Below are positions 1 to 9,945 of a DNA stretch of 64,000 nt, one piece after another. A model generated the notes under the pieces. It ran no database searches. It saw nothing but the letters and a program-made list of their open reading frames with translations, and was not told where the DNA came from. This stretch comes from Candidatus Omnitrophota bacterium. Its GTDB lineage: Bacteria > Omnitrophota > Gorgyraeia > JAGLLT01. Location of the stretch: the NCBI GenBank assembly GCA_030632085.1, contig DAOVJY010000002.1, positions 13,325-77,324 on the forward strand, in the 5' to 3' direction. The first letter of the stretch is position 1. Each line of letters begins with the position of its first letter. The position numbers and the translations under genes are program-made.

Positions 1-600
1 AGAGATTATAACAGAAAAGGTAAATATAAAGTTGCGGTTATTGATTGTGGAGTTAAATATAATATTTTAAGAGAGTTAGCCCAACGAGATTGTCAACTTA
101 AACTCTTTCCCGCAAAAACTAAAGCCGCGGAAATTCTTAAAATAAAACCGGACGGTGTCTTTTTGTCTAACGGCCCCGGTGACCCTGAGGGGGCAGCCTA
201 TGTGCCTGAAACCGTAAAGCAACTCCTGGGTAAAGTACCGTTATTTGGAATTTGCCTGGGCCAGCAGATGCTGGGCCTGGCCTTAGGCGGCAAGACCTAT
301 AAATTAAAATTCGGTCATCACGGAGCCAATCATCCCGTAAAAGATTTAAAGACTAATAAAATAGCGATAACAGTGCAAAATCATAACTTCTGCGTAGACA
401 TAGATTCACTTAATAAAAACGATATTGAAGTAACCCACATAAATCTAAACGATAATACCTTAGAAGGTATAAAACATAAAAAAATATCCGCCTTTTCTGT
501 GCAATTTCATCCTGAAGCTTCACCAGGGCCGAATGATGCTAAATATATATTTGACGATTTTATAAAATTAATGAGGAAGCATAGTGCCAAAAAGAAATGA
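1..600 (+). CDS. carA: carbamoyl-phosphate synthase small subunit (glutamine amidotransferase), 5' end cut by window edge
   Basis: Frame 1 is open from nt 1 ([36 protein letters not shown]...). The class I GATase motifs [15 protein letters not shown] and HHGANHPV are present, and the gene ends with a stop at 598-600. The ORF-track start at 163 is an internal Met. Confidence 0.9.
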   Translation, partial: RDYNRKGKYKVAVIDCGVKYNILRELAQRDCQLKLFPAKTKAAEILKIKPDGVFLSNGPGDPEGAAYVPETVKQLLGKVPLFGICLGQQMLGLALGGKTYKLKFGHHGANHPVKDLKTNKIAITVQNHNFCVDIDSLNKNDIEVTHINLNDNTLEGIKHKKISAFSVQFHPEASPGPNDAKYIFDDFIKLMRKHSAKKK

Positions 601-2224
601 CTTTAAAAAAATATTAATTATAGGAGCCGGCCCGATTATAATCGGCCAGGCATGTGAATTTGATTATTCCGGTTCTCAAGCCTGTAAAGTTTTAAAAAAT
701 GAAGGTTATAAGGTTATTTTATTAAATAGCAACCCGGCGACTATTATGACCGATCCGGATATGGCCGATAGGACTTATATTGAGCCGGTAACAGCTGATA
801 TGGTTGAGGAGATTGTAAAAAAAGAAAGACCGGATGCTATCTTACCTACTTTAGGTGGCCAAACAGGCCTCAATGTAACCGTAGAGGCTGCAAAAAGAGG
901 TATTTTTAAAAAATATAATGTTGAGGTTATAGGTGCCAATATAAAATCTATAAAAAAAGCTGAGGATAGAGAGCTCTTTAGGAGAGCTATGAAAAAAATT
1001 GGCTTGGATATGCCTCAAAGCGGTAAGGCTAATACTTTAAGAGAAGCTGAGGCGGTGGCTGAGAGAATAGGATATCCTTTAATTATTAGACCGGCTTTTA
1101 CTTTAGGCGGGCTCGGTGGCGGAATTGCTAATAATAAAGAAGAATTTAAGGAGCTTGTAAAAAGCGGCATAGAAGCTAGTATGATAAATGAGATTTTAGT
1201 TGAAGAATCTATATGCGGCTGGAAAGAATATGAAATGGAAGTTATGAGAGATGTTAACGATAATGTGGTTATCATCTGTTCTATTGAGAATTTTGATGCC
1301 ATGGGAGTGCATACTGGGGATTCAATAACAGTAGCTCCTATCCAGACCCTAACGGATAAAGAATATCAGAAAATGCGCGATGCTTCTATTGCCTGTATAA
1401 GAGAGATAGGAGTAGAAACAGGTGGTTCAAATATACAGTTTGCGGTTGATCCTGAGAATGGCCGCATGGTGGTTATTGAAATGAATCCCAGAGTTTCGCG
1501 TTCATCGGCCCTGGCTTCTAAGGCGACAGGTTTCCCGATTGCTAAAATTGCCGCCAAGCTGGCTGTGGGTTATACTTTAGATGAGATTCCCAATGATATT
1601 ACTCAAAAAACTCCATCATGCTTTGAGCCCACGATTGATTACTGTGTGGTTAAAATACCTAGATTTACATTTGAGAAGTTTAAGAAAGCTGACGATACTC
1701 TGACTTCATCCATGAAGTCAATTGGGGAGACTATGGCAATTGGCAGGACTTTTAAAGAATCCCTGCAAAAAGCCCTGCGTTCTTTAGAGACCGGCGTCAG
1801 CGGCCTGATAGATATTGAAAATGATATTTCCAAAAAAGAACTCCTTGAATTATTGTCCAGGCCTAACTGCCAGAGAATCTTTTATATTAAAAAAGCCTTG
1901 AAAGAAGGAATATCTTTAGATGAAATTTATAAATATTCAAAAATAGATAAATGGTTTTTGGCCAACATACTTGATATTGTGAAAATGGAAGAAAATATCA
2001 TTAAAAGCAGAAAGAAAAAAGGTAAGGCCTTAATTAAAATAGTAAGAGAAGCCAAAAGGTACGGGTTTTCCGATAAACAACTGGCAGCTTTACTTAAAAA
2101 GACGGAAATCTGGATATATAAATTCAGAAAAGATAACGGTATAACTCCGAAGTTCAAACTGGTTGATACCTGCGCGGCGGAGTTTGAGGCCTATACACCT
2201 TACTATTACTCTACATATGAATAG
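584..2224 (+). CDS. carB: carbamoyl-phosphate synthase large subunit, N-terminal half only (first ATP-grasp plus oligomerisation domain); split or truncated carB
   Basis: 546 aa with [53 protein letters not shown] and a terminal [18 protein letters not shown], then a TAG stop, with purF starting 12 nt later. Full-length CarB is about 1070 aa and continues past this point into a second ATP-grasp half. Confidence 0.85.
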   Translation: MPKRNDFKKILIIGAGPIIIGQACEFDYSGSQACKVLKNEGYKVILLNSNPATIMTDPDMADRTYIEPVTADMVEEIVKKERPDAILPTLGGQTGLNVTVEAAKRGIFKKYNVEVIGANIKSIKKAEDRELFRRAMKKIGLDMPQSGKANTLREAEAVAERIGYPLIIRPAFTLGGLGGGIANNKEEFKELVKSGIEASMINEILVEESICGWKEYEMEVMRDVNDNVVIICSIENFDAMGVHTGDSITVAPIQTLTDKEYQKMRDASIACIREIGVETGGSNIQFAVDPENGRMVVIEMNPRVSRSSALASKATGFPIAKIAAKLAVGYTLDEIPNDITQKTPSCFEPTIDYCVVKIPRFTFEKFKKADDTLTSSMKSIGETMAIGRTFKESLQKALRSLETGVSGLIDIENDISKKELLELLSRPNCQRIFYIKKALKEGISLDEIYKYSKIDKWFLANILDIVKMEENIIKSRKKKGKALIKIVREAKRYGFSDKQLAALLKKTEIWIYKFRKDNGITPKFKLVDTCAAEFEAYTPYYYSTYE

Positions 2225-2235
2225 GGGAATAAGAT

Positions 2236-3606
2236 ATGTGCGGAATATTCGGCATTGCGAATCATAAAGACGCGGCTAAATTAACCTACTTGGGGCTTTA
2301 TGCCCTGCAGCACCGCGGGGAAGAAAGCGCGGGCATTGTCACCAGGCATTGTAAAAAGCTTCTCAGTTATAAAGGCATGGGTTTAGTCGGTGATATTTTC
2401 AACAAAGATGTTCTTAAAAATCTTAAAGGTGATATTGCCGTCGGCCATACAAGATATTCTACTACCGGCTCAACAACAACTAAAAATATTCAACCATTCT
2501 ATATTAAACACAAGAAAGAAAATCTGACTATTGCTCACAATGGTAATCTCATTAATACAGCTGAACTTCATGGGCAATTAGAGAAGAATGGGGCGATCTT
2601 TCAGACAACAATGGATTCTGAAATTATAGCCCATCTGTTTACTCATAGTAATGAAAAGAACTATAAGAAACTTATCAGTAATATGCTTTGCCAACTTCAA
2701 GGGGCTTATTCTTTAGTTATGCTTTTGAATGATGTTCTAATAGGGGCCAGAGATCCTTTTGGCTGGAGGCCGCTATGTATAGGTAAATTGAATGAGAGTT
2801 ATGTATTAGCCAGCGAAACCTGCGCTCTTGATTTGATTCAGGCTGAGTATATACGCGATGTTGAGCCGGGAGAAATTGTTTTTATCAGTAAAAAAGGCAT
2901 TGAATGCCTGAAGCCTCCCAAAGAGCACAAAAAGTCTTTTTGCGTATTTGAATATATTTATTTTTCAAGGCCGGACAGCAATATCTTTGGTAGTAATGTT
3001 TACTTAACCAGAAAACAGCTCGGCAGGCAATTAGCTAAAGAGCATCCTGTAGATTGTGATCTGGTGATGTCAATTCCAGACTCAGGTAATTACGCTGCCG
3101 TAGGTTATGCCGAGGCCTTAAAGAAACCTTGTGAAGTGGGGATGATTAGGAATCATTATGTTGGCCGTACTTTTATTCAACCCTCACAATTTATAAGAGA
3201 TTTTAAAGTGAAGGTAAAACTCAATCCCATAAAAGAGGTTTTAAAAGGTAAAAAAATCGCGGTTATTGAAGATTCCATTGTAAGAGGTACAACCAGTAGA
3301 GCTAGAATAAAGGCTCTAAGGGATGCCGGAGCTAAAGAAATTCATATGCGGGTAACATGCCCACCGTTAAAATATCCTTGCTTTTTTGGAATAGACTTTC
3401 CAACGAAAAAAGAACTTATTGCCTCAAATCAAACCATAAAAGAAATAGCTAAACACCTGGGCTTGGACTCACTTGAATATATTAGTTTAGAAGGCATGCT
3501 GAAATCAATGAAGCAGCCAGATAACGATTTTTGTACAGCTTGTTTTAATGGAAAGTATCCGGTAAAACTGCCAAAAAAGTTGTCAAAATATATTCTGGAA
3601 AAATAA
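2236..3606 (+). CDS. purF: amidophosphoribosyltransferase
   Basis: N-terminal MCGIFGI (Ntn Cys nucleophile), PRTase motif in VIEDSIVRGTTS, and C-terminal Cys residues (CTACFNG) typical of Fe-S-containing PurF. Confidence 0.93.
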   Translation: MCGIFGIANHKDAAKLTYLGLYALQHRGEESAGIVTRHCKKLLSYKGMGLVGDIFNKDVLKNLKGDIAVGHTRYSTTGSTTTKNIQPFYIKHKKENLTIAHNGNLINTAELHGQLEKNGAIFQTTMDSEIIAHLFTHSNEKNYKKLISNMLCQLQGAYSLVMLLNDVLIGARDPFGWRPLCIGKLNESYVLASETCALDLIQAEYIRDVEPGEIVFISKKGIECLKPPKEHKKSFCVFEYIYFSRPDSNIFGSNVYLTRKQLGRQLAKEHPVDCDLVMSIPDSGNYAAVGYAEALKKPCEVGMIRNHYVGRTFIQPSQFIRDFKVKVKLNPIKEVLKGKKIAVIEDSIVRGTTSRARIKALRDAGAKEIHMRVTCPPLKYPCFFGIDFPTKKELIASNQTIKEIAKHLGLDSLEYISLEGMLKSMKQPDNDFCTACFNGKYPVKLPKKLSKYILEK

Positions 3607-3671
3607 GTTTTTATTTAACAATAGACAAAATAACATTTTTTACCTATAATATAAACACTCAATATAAAAGT

Positions 3672-3703
3672 ACCTTCTGTTATGTTTTGCAGAAGGTTTT
3701 ATT
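3672..3703 (+). terminator. rho-independent terminator after purF
   Basis: Stem accttctg / cagaaggt (8 bp) around the loop ttatgttttg, followed by ttttatt. Confidence 0.5.
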
Positions 3704-3755
3704 GCTTATAAGGAGTTTTAAATATTAAGGTGGAATTTATTACCAGAAGAATAAT

Positions 3756-5594
3756 ATGAAAAATAAAATTAGTTATGATGTTATTGTGGTGGGAGCGGGG
3801 CATGCCGGTTGTGAGGCGGCTTTAGCTTCTGCTCGTCTTAAATTAAATACCGCTCTGGTTACATTTAATATAGATAAAATAGCGCTTTTAAGTTGTAATC
3901 CGGCGGTAGGCGGCCTGGGCAAAGGCCAGCTGGTTAAAGAAATCGACGCCCTGGGCGGTGAAATTGCCAAGGCGGCTGATAGTGCCGGTATTCAGTTTAA
4001 AAAACTTAATGCTTCTAAGGGGCCGGCTGTCTGGTCCAGTCGGGCTCAGGTGGACATGAATGATTACCCCGCGTATATGAGGCGGATAGTTGAGAAGCAA
4101 GATAACCTCACGCTTATTGAAGGGGAGGCTACAGGTTTTATTATTAAGGCGGATAAAATACAAGGCATAAAGCTAGATAAAAATAGAACTCTAAAAGCAA
4201 AAAAGGTTATTTTAGCCTGTGGAACTTTTTTAAACGGCCTGATGCACATTGGTATGGAGAGTTTTGAAGGCGGCAGAATAGAGGAGCCGGTCTCGGCTAA
4301 GAAGATTTCAAAAGAGTTAAAAAAAATCGGCCATAAATTGCTTCGCTTTAAAACCGGCACCTGTGCCAGGTTAGACAGGGCTACTATAGATTTTTCAAAG
4401 TGCACTACTCAGGAAGGTGATAAACCACCCCTGCCATTTTCTTTATCTAATGAAAAATTAATTAAGAAACAAGTTACCTGTTATATAACTTATACTAATG
4501 AAAAAACTCACAAGATAATCAGAAATGATTTAGAGCGTTCGCCTTTATTTTCAGGCAAAATTACCGGAACAGGGGTAAGGTATTGCCCTTCATTAGAAGA
4601 TAAAGTGGTGAAGTTTCCGCATCATAAGCGCCATCAGATTTTTTTAGAGCCGGAGACTAAGGAAAATATTCAGTATTATCCCAACGGTTTGTCAACCAGT
4701 TTGCCCCGGGATGCCCAGGAAGCCTTTATTCGTTCGGTTCCGGGCTTAAAAAATGTAAAGATAAACCGCTATGGTTATGGAATTGAACATGATGCCTTCG
4801 ACTCAACTCAGCTTTACCCAACTCTAGAATCAAAATTAGTTAAGGGGCTTTATTTAGCCGGTCAGATTAATGGGACAACCGGCTATGAAGAAGCTGCCGC
4901 CCAAGGAATTATCGCCGGTATTAACGCTGTTTTATCCATAAGCAAAAAAGAACCCTTGGTATTAGATAGGGCTTCAAGTTATATTGGGGTGTTAATTGAT
5001 GATTTGGTAACTAAAGGTACTAACGAACCTTACAGGATGCTGACTTCAAGAGTAGAATACCGCCTTATTTTAAGGGAAGATAATGCCGACCTGCGCCTTA
5101 GGAAAATAGGTTATAAGGTTGGTTTAATTAGTAAAAATGAATATAGTAAAATTTTAAAAAAAGAAAAAGAAATAATAGCGGTTATAAAATTTTTAAAAAC
5201 AGAGAAAATGCGTCATAGAACCGGCAAAATAACTCTCTATCAGGATTTAAAACGTCCCGAGGTAAAAATAAAAGACATTAAAAAGAAGTATAAACTAACT
5301 TTTTCCGATGCCGCCTTAAGGCAGGTAGAAATCGCTGCTAAATATGAGGGTTTTATTAAGAGGCAGGAGGCACAAGTAAAGGCTTTTGAGGATTTAGAGA
5401 AAATTAAAATACCAACAAATATAAATTATAAAAAAGTACCTTCTTTATCTTTAGAGATTATTGAAAAACTAACATATTTTAAACCCCTAACATTGGGTCA
5501 GGCTAATCGTATCTCAGGGATTACCCCGGCGGCTATTACCGTATTAATGGTTTATTTGAAAAAGAAAAAACATGTTTCCAAAGGCAAGATATAA
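3756..5594 (+). CDS. mnmG: tRNA uridine 5-carboxymethylaminomethyl modification enzyme MnmG/GidA
   Basis: 612 aa with N-terminal YDVIVVGAGHAGCEAA FAD-binding motif and GidA-family similarity throughout (GLYLAGQINGTTGYEEAAAQG). Confidence 0.95.
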   Translation: MKNKISYDVIVVGAGHAGCEAALASARLKLNTALVTFNIDKIALLSCNPAVGGLGKGQLVKEIDALGGEIAKAADSAGIQFKKLNASKGPAVWSSRAQVDMNDYPAYMRRIVEKQDNLTLIEGEATGFIIKADKIQGIKLDKNRTLKAKKVILACGTFLNGLMHIGMESFEGGRIEEPVSAKKISKELKKIGHKLLRFKTGTCARLDRATIDFSKCTTQEGDKPPLPFSLSNEKLIKKQVTCYITYTNEKTHKIIRNDLERSPLFSGKITGTGVRYCPSLEDKVVKFPHHKRHQIFLEPETKENIQYYPNGLSTSLPRDAQEAFIRSVPGLKNVKINRYGYGIEHDAFDSTQLYPTLESKLVKGLYLAGQINGTTGYEEAAAQGIIAGINAVLSISKKEPLVLDRASSYIGVLIDDLVTKGTNEPYRMLTSRVEYRLILREDNADLRLRKIGYKVGLISKNEYSKILKKEKEIIAVIKFLKTEKMRHRTGKITLYQDLKRPEVKIKDIKKKYKLTFSDAALRQVEIAAKYEGFIKRQEAQVKAFEDLEKIKIPTNINYKKVPSLSLEIIEKLTYFKPLTLGQANRISGITPAAITVLMVYLKKKKHVSKGKI

Positions 5595-6495
5595 AAAATT
5601 TTCAGATTATTTAAAGGAGCGTTTTAACGAACGTGTTTATAAGGTGAGTGTGGATGCCGGTTTTTCGTGTCCTAATAAAGATGGCAAGTTTTCAGATGAG
5701 GGTTGTATCTTTTGTGATAATAGAACCTTTAATGCTTATTTCGGAAATCAACGAATACCCATAAAAGAACAAATCTCAAACGGCATAAAGTTTGGCAGTT
5801 CCCGCTATAGAGCAAAAAAGTTTTTAGTTTATTTTCAGGCGAATACTAATACCTATGCTTCAATAGATGAGTTAAAGAAAATATATGATTCTATAAATGA
5901 GTTTGATGATGTCGCGGGCCTTATGATTGGAACCAGGCCTGATTGCATAGATAATGAAATTTTAGATTTAATTGAAAGCTATAGTACTAAATATGAAGTC
6001 TGGCTGGAGTATGGTTTACAGAGCATGCACGACCAGACCTTAAAATTAGTTAACAGAAACCATACCTATAAAGATTTCCTTAAAACTTATAATTTAACAA
6101 AGAATAGAAATATTAAAGTTTGCCCCCATGTTATTTTAGGCTTGCCGCATGAAACAACCGCGGAAATGCTTGAAACTGCCAAAGAGATGGCGCGGCTTAA
6201 ACCGGATGCCATCAAAATACATCCCTTACATATAGTAAAAGATACTAATTTAGAAAAACTCTATAAAGAAGATAAATTTAAAATGTATTCATTGGGTGAA
6301 TACTATGATTTATTAATTAATTTTTTAAGATACCTGCATCCTGAGACTATAATCGCCCGCTTAACCGCGGATTGCCCCAGGAAATTACTAATAGAACCCC
6401 AATGGCTTGAAGAAAAAGCAAGATTTATCCAGCTCTTAGATAAAGAGATGGACGAAAGAGGAATTTTTCAGGGAGATTTATATAAAGGGATGTAG
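5572..6495 (+). CDS. radical SAM protein, TIGR01212 (YhcC-like) family
   Basis: 307 aa. Cys cluster CPNKDGKFSDEGCIFCDN near the N-terminus and overall similarity to the TIGR01212 family. It overlaps the mnmG 3' end by 23 nt. Confidence 0.75.
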   Translation: MFPKARYKKFSDYLKERFNERVYKVSVDAGFSCPNKDGKFSDEGCIFCDNRTFNAYFGNQRIPIKEQISNGIKFGSSRYRAKKFLVYFQANTNTYASIDELKKIYDSINEFDDVAGLMIGTRPDCIDNEILDLIESYSTKYEVWLEYGLQSMHDQTLKLVNRNHTYKDFLKTYNLTKNRNIKVCPHVILGLPHETTAEMLETAKEMARLKPDAIKIHPLHIVKDTNLEKLYKEDKFKMYSLGEYYDLLINFLRYLHPETIIARLTADCPRKLLIEPQWLEEKARFIQLLDKEMDERGIFQGDLYKGM

Positions 6496-6514
6496 AGCAT
6501 ATTTTATAAATTTC

Positions 6515-6543
6515 TTGACTTGCGTGTATTTATAGTATACAAT
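6515..6543 (+). promoter_or_regulatory. sigma70-like promoter of the RHH/RelE operon
   Basis: TTGACT, 17 nt, TACAAT, located 30 nt upstream of the antitoxin start. Confidence 0.4.
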
Positions 6544-6574
6544 GTATTACAAATGAATACAAAGGAGAAAAAAT

Positions 6575-6793
6575 ATGAGCACATCAGTATCAGTAAGAAT
6601 TCCAGAAAAATTAGCTAAAGAGCTGGAGTCAGTAGTTAAAATTACAGAGAGATCCAAGTCTTTTCTTATTCAAAAAGCTCTAGAGACCTACCTCGCGGAA
6701 CAAGCCGACTTGCAGATTGCGTTGGATAGGCTCCACGATACCACTGATTCGATTGTTTCAATCAGTCAAATGAGGAAAGAACTTGAAATATAA
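6575..6793 (+). CDS. ribbon-helix-helix (CopG/RelB-like) type II antitoxin
   Basis: 72 aa. The N-terminal VSVRIPEKLAKELESVV RHH beta-strand/helix pattern is present, and the gene overlaps the downstream RelE/ParE toxin gene. Confidence 0.75.
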   Translation: MSTSVSVRIPEKLAKELESVVKITERSKSFLIQKALETYLAEQADLQIALDRLHDTTDSIVSISQMRKELEI

Positions 6794-7043
6794 AATTGCA
6801 TTTAAGAAATCAGTTAGCAAGGATTTAAAAAATATAGGTAAAGAGCAATCCAAAAGGATACTAAATAAAATAGAAAAAGAGTTGCCTCTTGCGGCTAATA
6901 AATATCCGGAGCTTAAAGGGAGATTTAAGGGATTACGCAAGGTTAGAGTGGGTGATTATAGAATAGTTTATACTGTTATTAAAGATATCGTTTTAATTGT
7001 AAGAGTGGGACATAGAAAAGAAATATATGGGAAAAATAGATAG
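6783..7043 (+). CDS. RelE/ParE family type II toxin
   Basis: 86 aa. KGLRKVRVGDYRIVYTVIKDIVLIVRVGHRKEIY is the classic RelE/ParE C-terminal signature, and the gene overlaps the antitoxin gene. Confidence 0.85.
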   Translation: MKYKIAFKKSVSKDLKNIGKEQSKRILNKIEKELPLAANKYPELKGRFKGLRKVRVGDYRIVYTVIKDIVLIVRVGHRKEIYGKNR

Positions 7044-7110
7044 GTGCATTAGGTGCATTAGTTATTTTATAGTAGTATAATTGTATTAAATATGTTAAAG
7101 CGGAGAATAA

Positions 7111-8688
7111 ATGAAAGATAATAATTCAATTGAAAATGACTGGGTAGCTATACTGGATTTTGGTTCACAGTATACGCATTTAATTGCCAGAAGAGTACGT
7201 GAATTTAAAGTTTACTCTGAGATAATACCCTTTAATATTAAGGCTAGAGACTTAGCGAAACGAAATCCCAAGGCTATTATCCTTTCCGGAGGCCCCGCCA
7301 GTGTTACCGCTAAAAAAAGTCCTATGTGTGATAGAGGAATTTTTGAATTAGGTATTCCCGTCTTAGGTATTTGTTACGGGGCTCAGTTGATGAGTAAGGT
7401 TTTTGGGGGCAAAGTAGTCGGAGCCAAAAAAAGAGAATACGGTAAGGCTATTTTTAAACCTAAAGTTAATAAAAGCCTTTTTAAAACTATCAATAAAAGT
7501 CAAAATGTCTGGATGAGTCACGGGGACAGGATTAAAAAATTACCCCACGGTTTTAAAGTAATAGGTGTTACCGCTAATTCTCCGGTAGCGGCTATGGCTG
7601 ATGAGAAAAAGAAGTTTTATGGACTGCAGTTTCATCCGGAAGTAGTTCATACTCCCAACGGAAAGACTATTATAAAGAATTTTGTAAAAGATATCGCTAA
7701 ATGTAAGCCTAACTGGAGCATGCAGTCTTTTACAAAAGAAACAATCAAGAAAATCAGAGAAGATGTCGGTAAGGATAAGGTTCTCTGCGGTATGTCGGGC
7801 GGAGTTGATTCCTCAGTTTTAGCTTTGTTACTTCATAAGGCTATAGGCAAAAACCTAATCTCCATTTTTATAGATCACGGTTTGGGTAGAAAAGATGAAG
7901 CCAAACAGGTAGAAAAAAGATTTAAAAAATATTACAAGTTAAATTTGAAAGTTGTTAATGCTCAGAATGATTTTTTAAAGGCCCTAAGAAACGTAACTGA
8001 TCCCGAGAAGAAAAGGAAGATTATCGGAAAAATCTTTATTAAGGTTTTCGAGAAAGAGACCAATACGCTTACGGGCACAAGAAAGATGGGTAAAATAAAA
8101 TATCTGGCTCAAGGCACTCTTTATCCTGATGTAATTGAGTCTATCTCACCTACAGGCGGACCCTCAGCCACTATTAAAAGCCATCATAATGTGGGAGGGT
8201 TACCTAAAAAATTAAATTTCAAGTTAATTGAACCTTTGAGGGATTTATTTAAGGATGAAGTTAGATTAGTCGGAAAAGAACTTAAGATGCCGGATGAAAT
8301 AATCCATAGACAGCCTTTTCCGGGGCCCGGCCTGGCAGTTAGAATTGTTGGAGCGGTTACTAAAGAAAGATGTAACATCCTAAGAGAGGCCGACTGGATT
8401 TTAAATGATGAAATAAAAAAAGCGGGATTTTATAGAAAGCTCTGGCAGTCATTTTGTGTTTATCTTCCCGTAAAGTCGGTTGGTGTTATGGGTGATGAAA
8501 GAACGTATGAGGATGCTATCGCTATAAGGGCGGTAGTTAGTGAAGATGCCATGACGGCCAATTGGGCCCATTTGCCATATAGCCTGCTTGAGAAGATATC
8601 TAACAAGATAATAAATGAAGTAAAAGGTATTAACCGCGTAGTTTATGACATTTCCTCTAAACCGCCAAGTACTATAGAGTGGGAGTAA
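7111..8688 (+). CDS. guaA: GMP synthase (glutamine-hydrolysing)
   Basis: 525 aa with GATase domain (GICYGAQLM), ATP-PPase SGGVDSSV P-loop and C-terminal dimerisation domain ending EWE. Confidence 0.95.
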   Translation: MKDNNSIENDWVAILDFGSQYTHLIARRVREFKVYSEIIPFNIKARDLAKRNPKAIILSGGPASVTAKKSPMCDRGIFELGIPVLGICYGAQLMSKVFGGKVVGAKKREYGKAIFKPKVNKSLFKTINKSQNVWMSHGDRIKKLPHGFKVIGVTANSPVAAMADEKKKFYGLQFHPEVVHTPNGKTIIKNFVKDIAKCKPNWSMQSFTKETIKKIREDVGKDKVLCGMSGGVDSSVLALLLHKAIGKNLISIFIDHGLGRKDEAKQVEKRFKKYYKLNLKVVNAQNDFLKALRNVTDPEKKRKIIGKIFIKVFEKETNTLTGTRKMGKIKYLAQGTLYPDVIESISPTGGPSATIKSHHNVGGLPKKLNFKLIEPLRDLFKDEVRLVGKELKMPDEIIHRQPFPGPGLAVRIVGAVTKERCNILREADWILNDEIKKAGFYRKLWQSFCVYLPVKSVGVMGDERTYEDAIAIRAVVSEDAMTANWAHLPYSLLEKISNKIINEVKGINRVVYDISSKPPSTIEWE

Positions 8689-8695
8689 GAAGCTG

Positions 8696-8723
8696 GATTA
8701 AGAATTAAGGATTAAGGATTAAG
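8696..8723 (+). repeat. tandem heptad repeat (G/A)ATTAAG x4
   Basis: gattaag aattaag gattaag gattaag sits directly after the guaA stop. The same module recurs at 39310-39337. Confidence 0.8.
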
Positions 8724-9035
8724 TAAAAGCAAAAATAAAGACAAGAGGAAGAATTAAGAGGAGAGCGCAGAGCGTTTAGGAAAAACTAAAAAGATCATTA
8801 TTTGTAAACTTGCTATATGCTATTTGCTAAACGCTAAAAAATAGGGTTATTGTTTTCAATTAAAGTCTTTTTGGGATCGGCTGGTAAAAGAATTGCAATA
8901 TCCACCGTGCTCCATTTCGTAGGTGGTACAGGTTGGTGGTATAGGGTGCATAGAAAATCATTGACAGTCGATAAAAATATAAGTAAACTATTGCTATAGC
9001 TAGTATATTTCGCTTAAGGTACAGAGGTGTTTCTT

Positions 9036-9067
9036 GGGCAGGCAGATAAGTACTGCCTGCTTTTTTA
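9036..9067 (+). terminator. rho-independent terminator
   Basis: gggcaggcag / ctgcctgc stem followed by ttttttatt, about 350 nt downstream of guaA. It may terminate an unannotated small RNA. Confidence 0.55.
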
Positions 9068-9108
9068 TTAACCGGTGATTTTATTTTTGTGAAAAAAGGT
9101 GATAATTA

Positions 9109-9942
9109 ATGAATAAAATAATTGCTAAAAAAAAGATATCAGAAGATATTATTCAGCTTACGTTTGAAAATAAGGAACTGGCTGAGGCCAGAAAGCCGGG
9201 TCAATTCTTAATACTAAGAGTACATGATAAAGGGGAGAGAATCCCCTTAACTATTATGGATTCTGACTCCATTAAAGACACAATAGATATTGTTTTTCAG
9301 GTGGTAGGTAAAACCACTACTCTGCTTTCTGAATTAAAAGTGGATGATAAAATTTTAGATGTTGCCGGCCCATTAGGCAATCCCACTTTAATTAAGAACT
9401 TCGGCCGCTGTGTGCTTATCGGCGGAGGAGTAGGTACGGCGGTTTTATTCCCGGTTTTAAAAGCCTTAAAAGAAGCGGGCAATACGGTAATAGCCATAAT
9501 CGGCGCCCGGAATAAAGATTCTCTTATTTTAATTGAAGAAGTAAAAGCTATTTCTGATGAGTTAATAATTATCACTGATGACGGTACAGCCGGCATTAAA
9601 GGGTTGGTGACCGATGCCCTGAAAGAAGTTATTGCCCGGGGAGATGAGATTAATTATGTTTATGCCGTCGGCCCGGTTATCATGATGAAGTTTGTGGCTT
9701 TAACTACAAAAGAAGACAACATTAAAACAGAAGTAAGTTTAAACCCCATTATGATAGATGGTACAGGCATGTGCGGCGGCTGCCGGGTGCTAATTTCCGG
9801 CAAGGAAAAGTTTGCTTGTGTCCATGGGCCGGATTTTGATGCCCATCAGGTTGATTTTGACCTTTTAATCCAGCGGCTTAAGATGTTTAAAGATAAAGAG
9901 CATAAATCTATGGAATGCCATTGTAAAAACAAGGAAAAATAA
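9109..9942 (+). CDS. nfnA: ferredoxin-NADP(+) reductase-like FAD/NAD-binding subunit with C-terminal 2Fe-2S (NfnA/SudB/PyrK-like)
   Basis: 277 aa. PyrK-like fold with C-terminal GTGMCGGCRV...CVHGP cluster motif. It sits immediately upstream of a GltD-like partner. Confidence 0.7.
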   Translation: MNKIIAKKKISEDIIQLTFENKELAEARKPGQFLILRVHDKGERIPLTIMDSDSIKDTIDIVFQVVGKTTTLLSELKVDDKILDVAGPLGNPTLIKNFGRCVLIGGGVGTAVLFPVLKALKEAGNTVIAIIGARNKDSLILIEEVKAISDELIIITDDGTAGIKGLVTDALKEVIARGDEINYVYAVGPVIMMKFVALTTKEDNIKTEVSLNPIMIDGTGMCGGCRVLISGKEKFACVHGPDFDAHQVDFDLLIQRLKMFKDKEHKSMECHCKNKEK

Positions 9943-9945
9943 GAG

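Noticed and set aside
1015-2157. Minus-strand ORFs 1015-1302, 1366-1557, 1639-1833 and 1927-2157 inside carB
   Set aside because: They are antisense to a well-supported conserved CDS and have low-complexity composition and no motifs, so they are ORF-track noise.
3773-4405. Minus-strand ORFs overlapping mnmG
   Set aside because: They are antisense to a strongly conserved gene and have no recognisable domains.
8800-9070. tRNA, tmRNA or SRP RNA in the guaA-nfnA spacer
   Set aside because: No cloverleaf with T-loop GTTCRANYC, no tmRNA tag ORF or CCA end, and no SRP domain IV GNRA/AGGAAG motif were found. It is retained only as an unspecified sRNA candidate.
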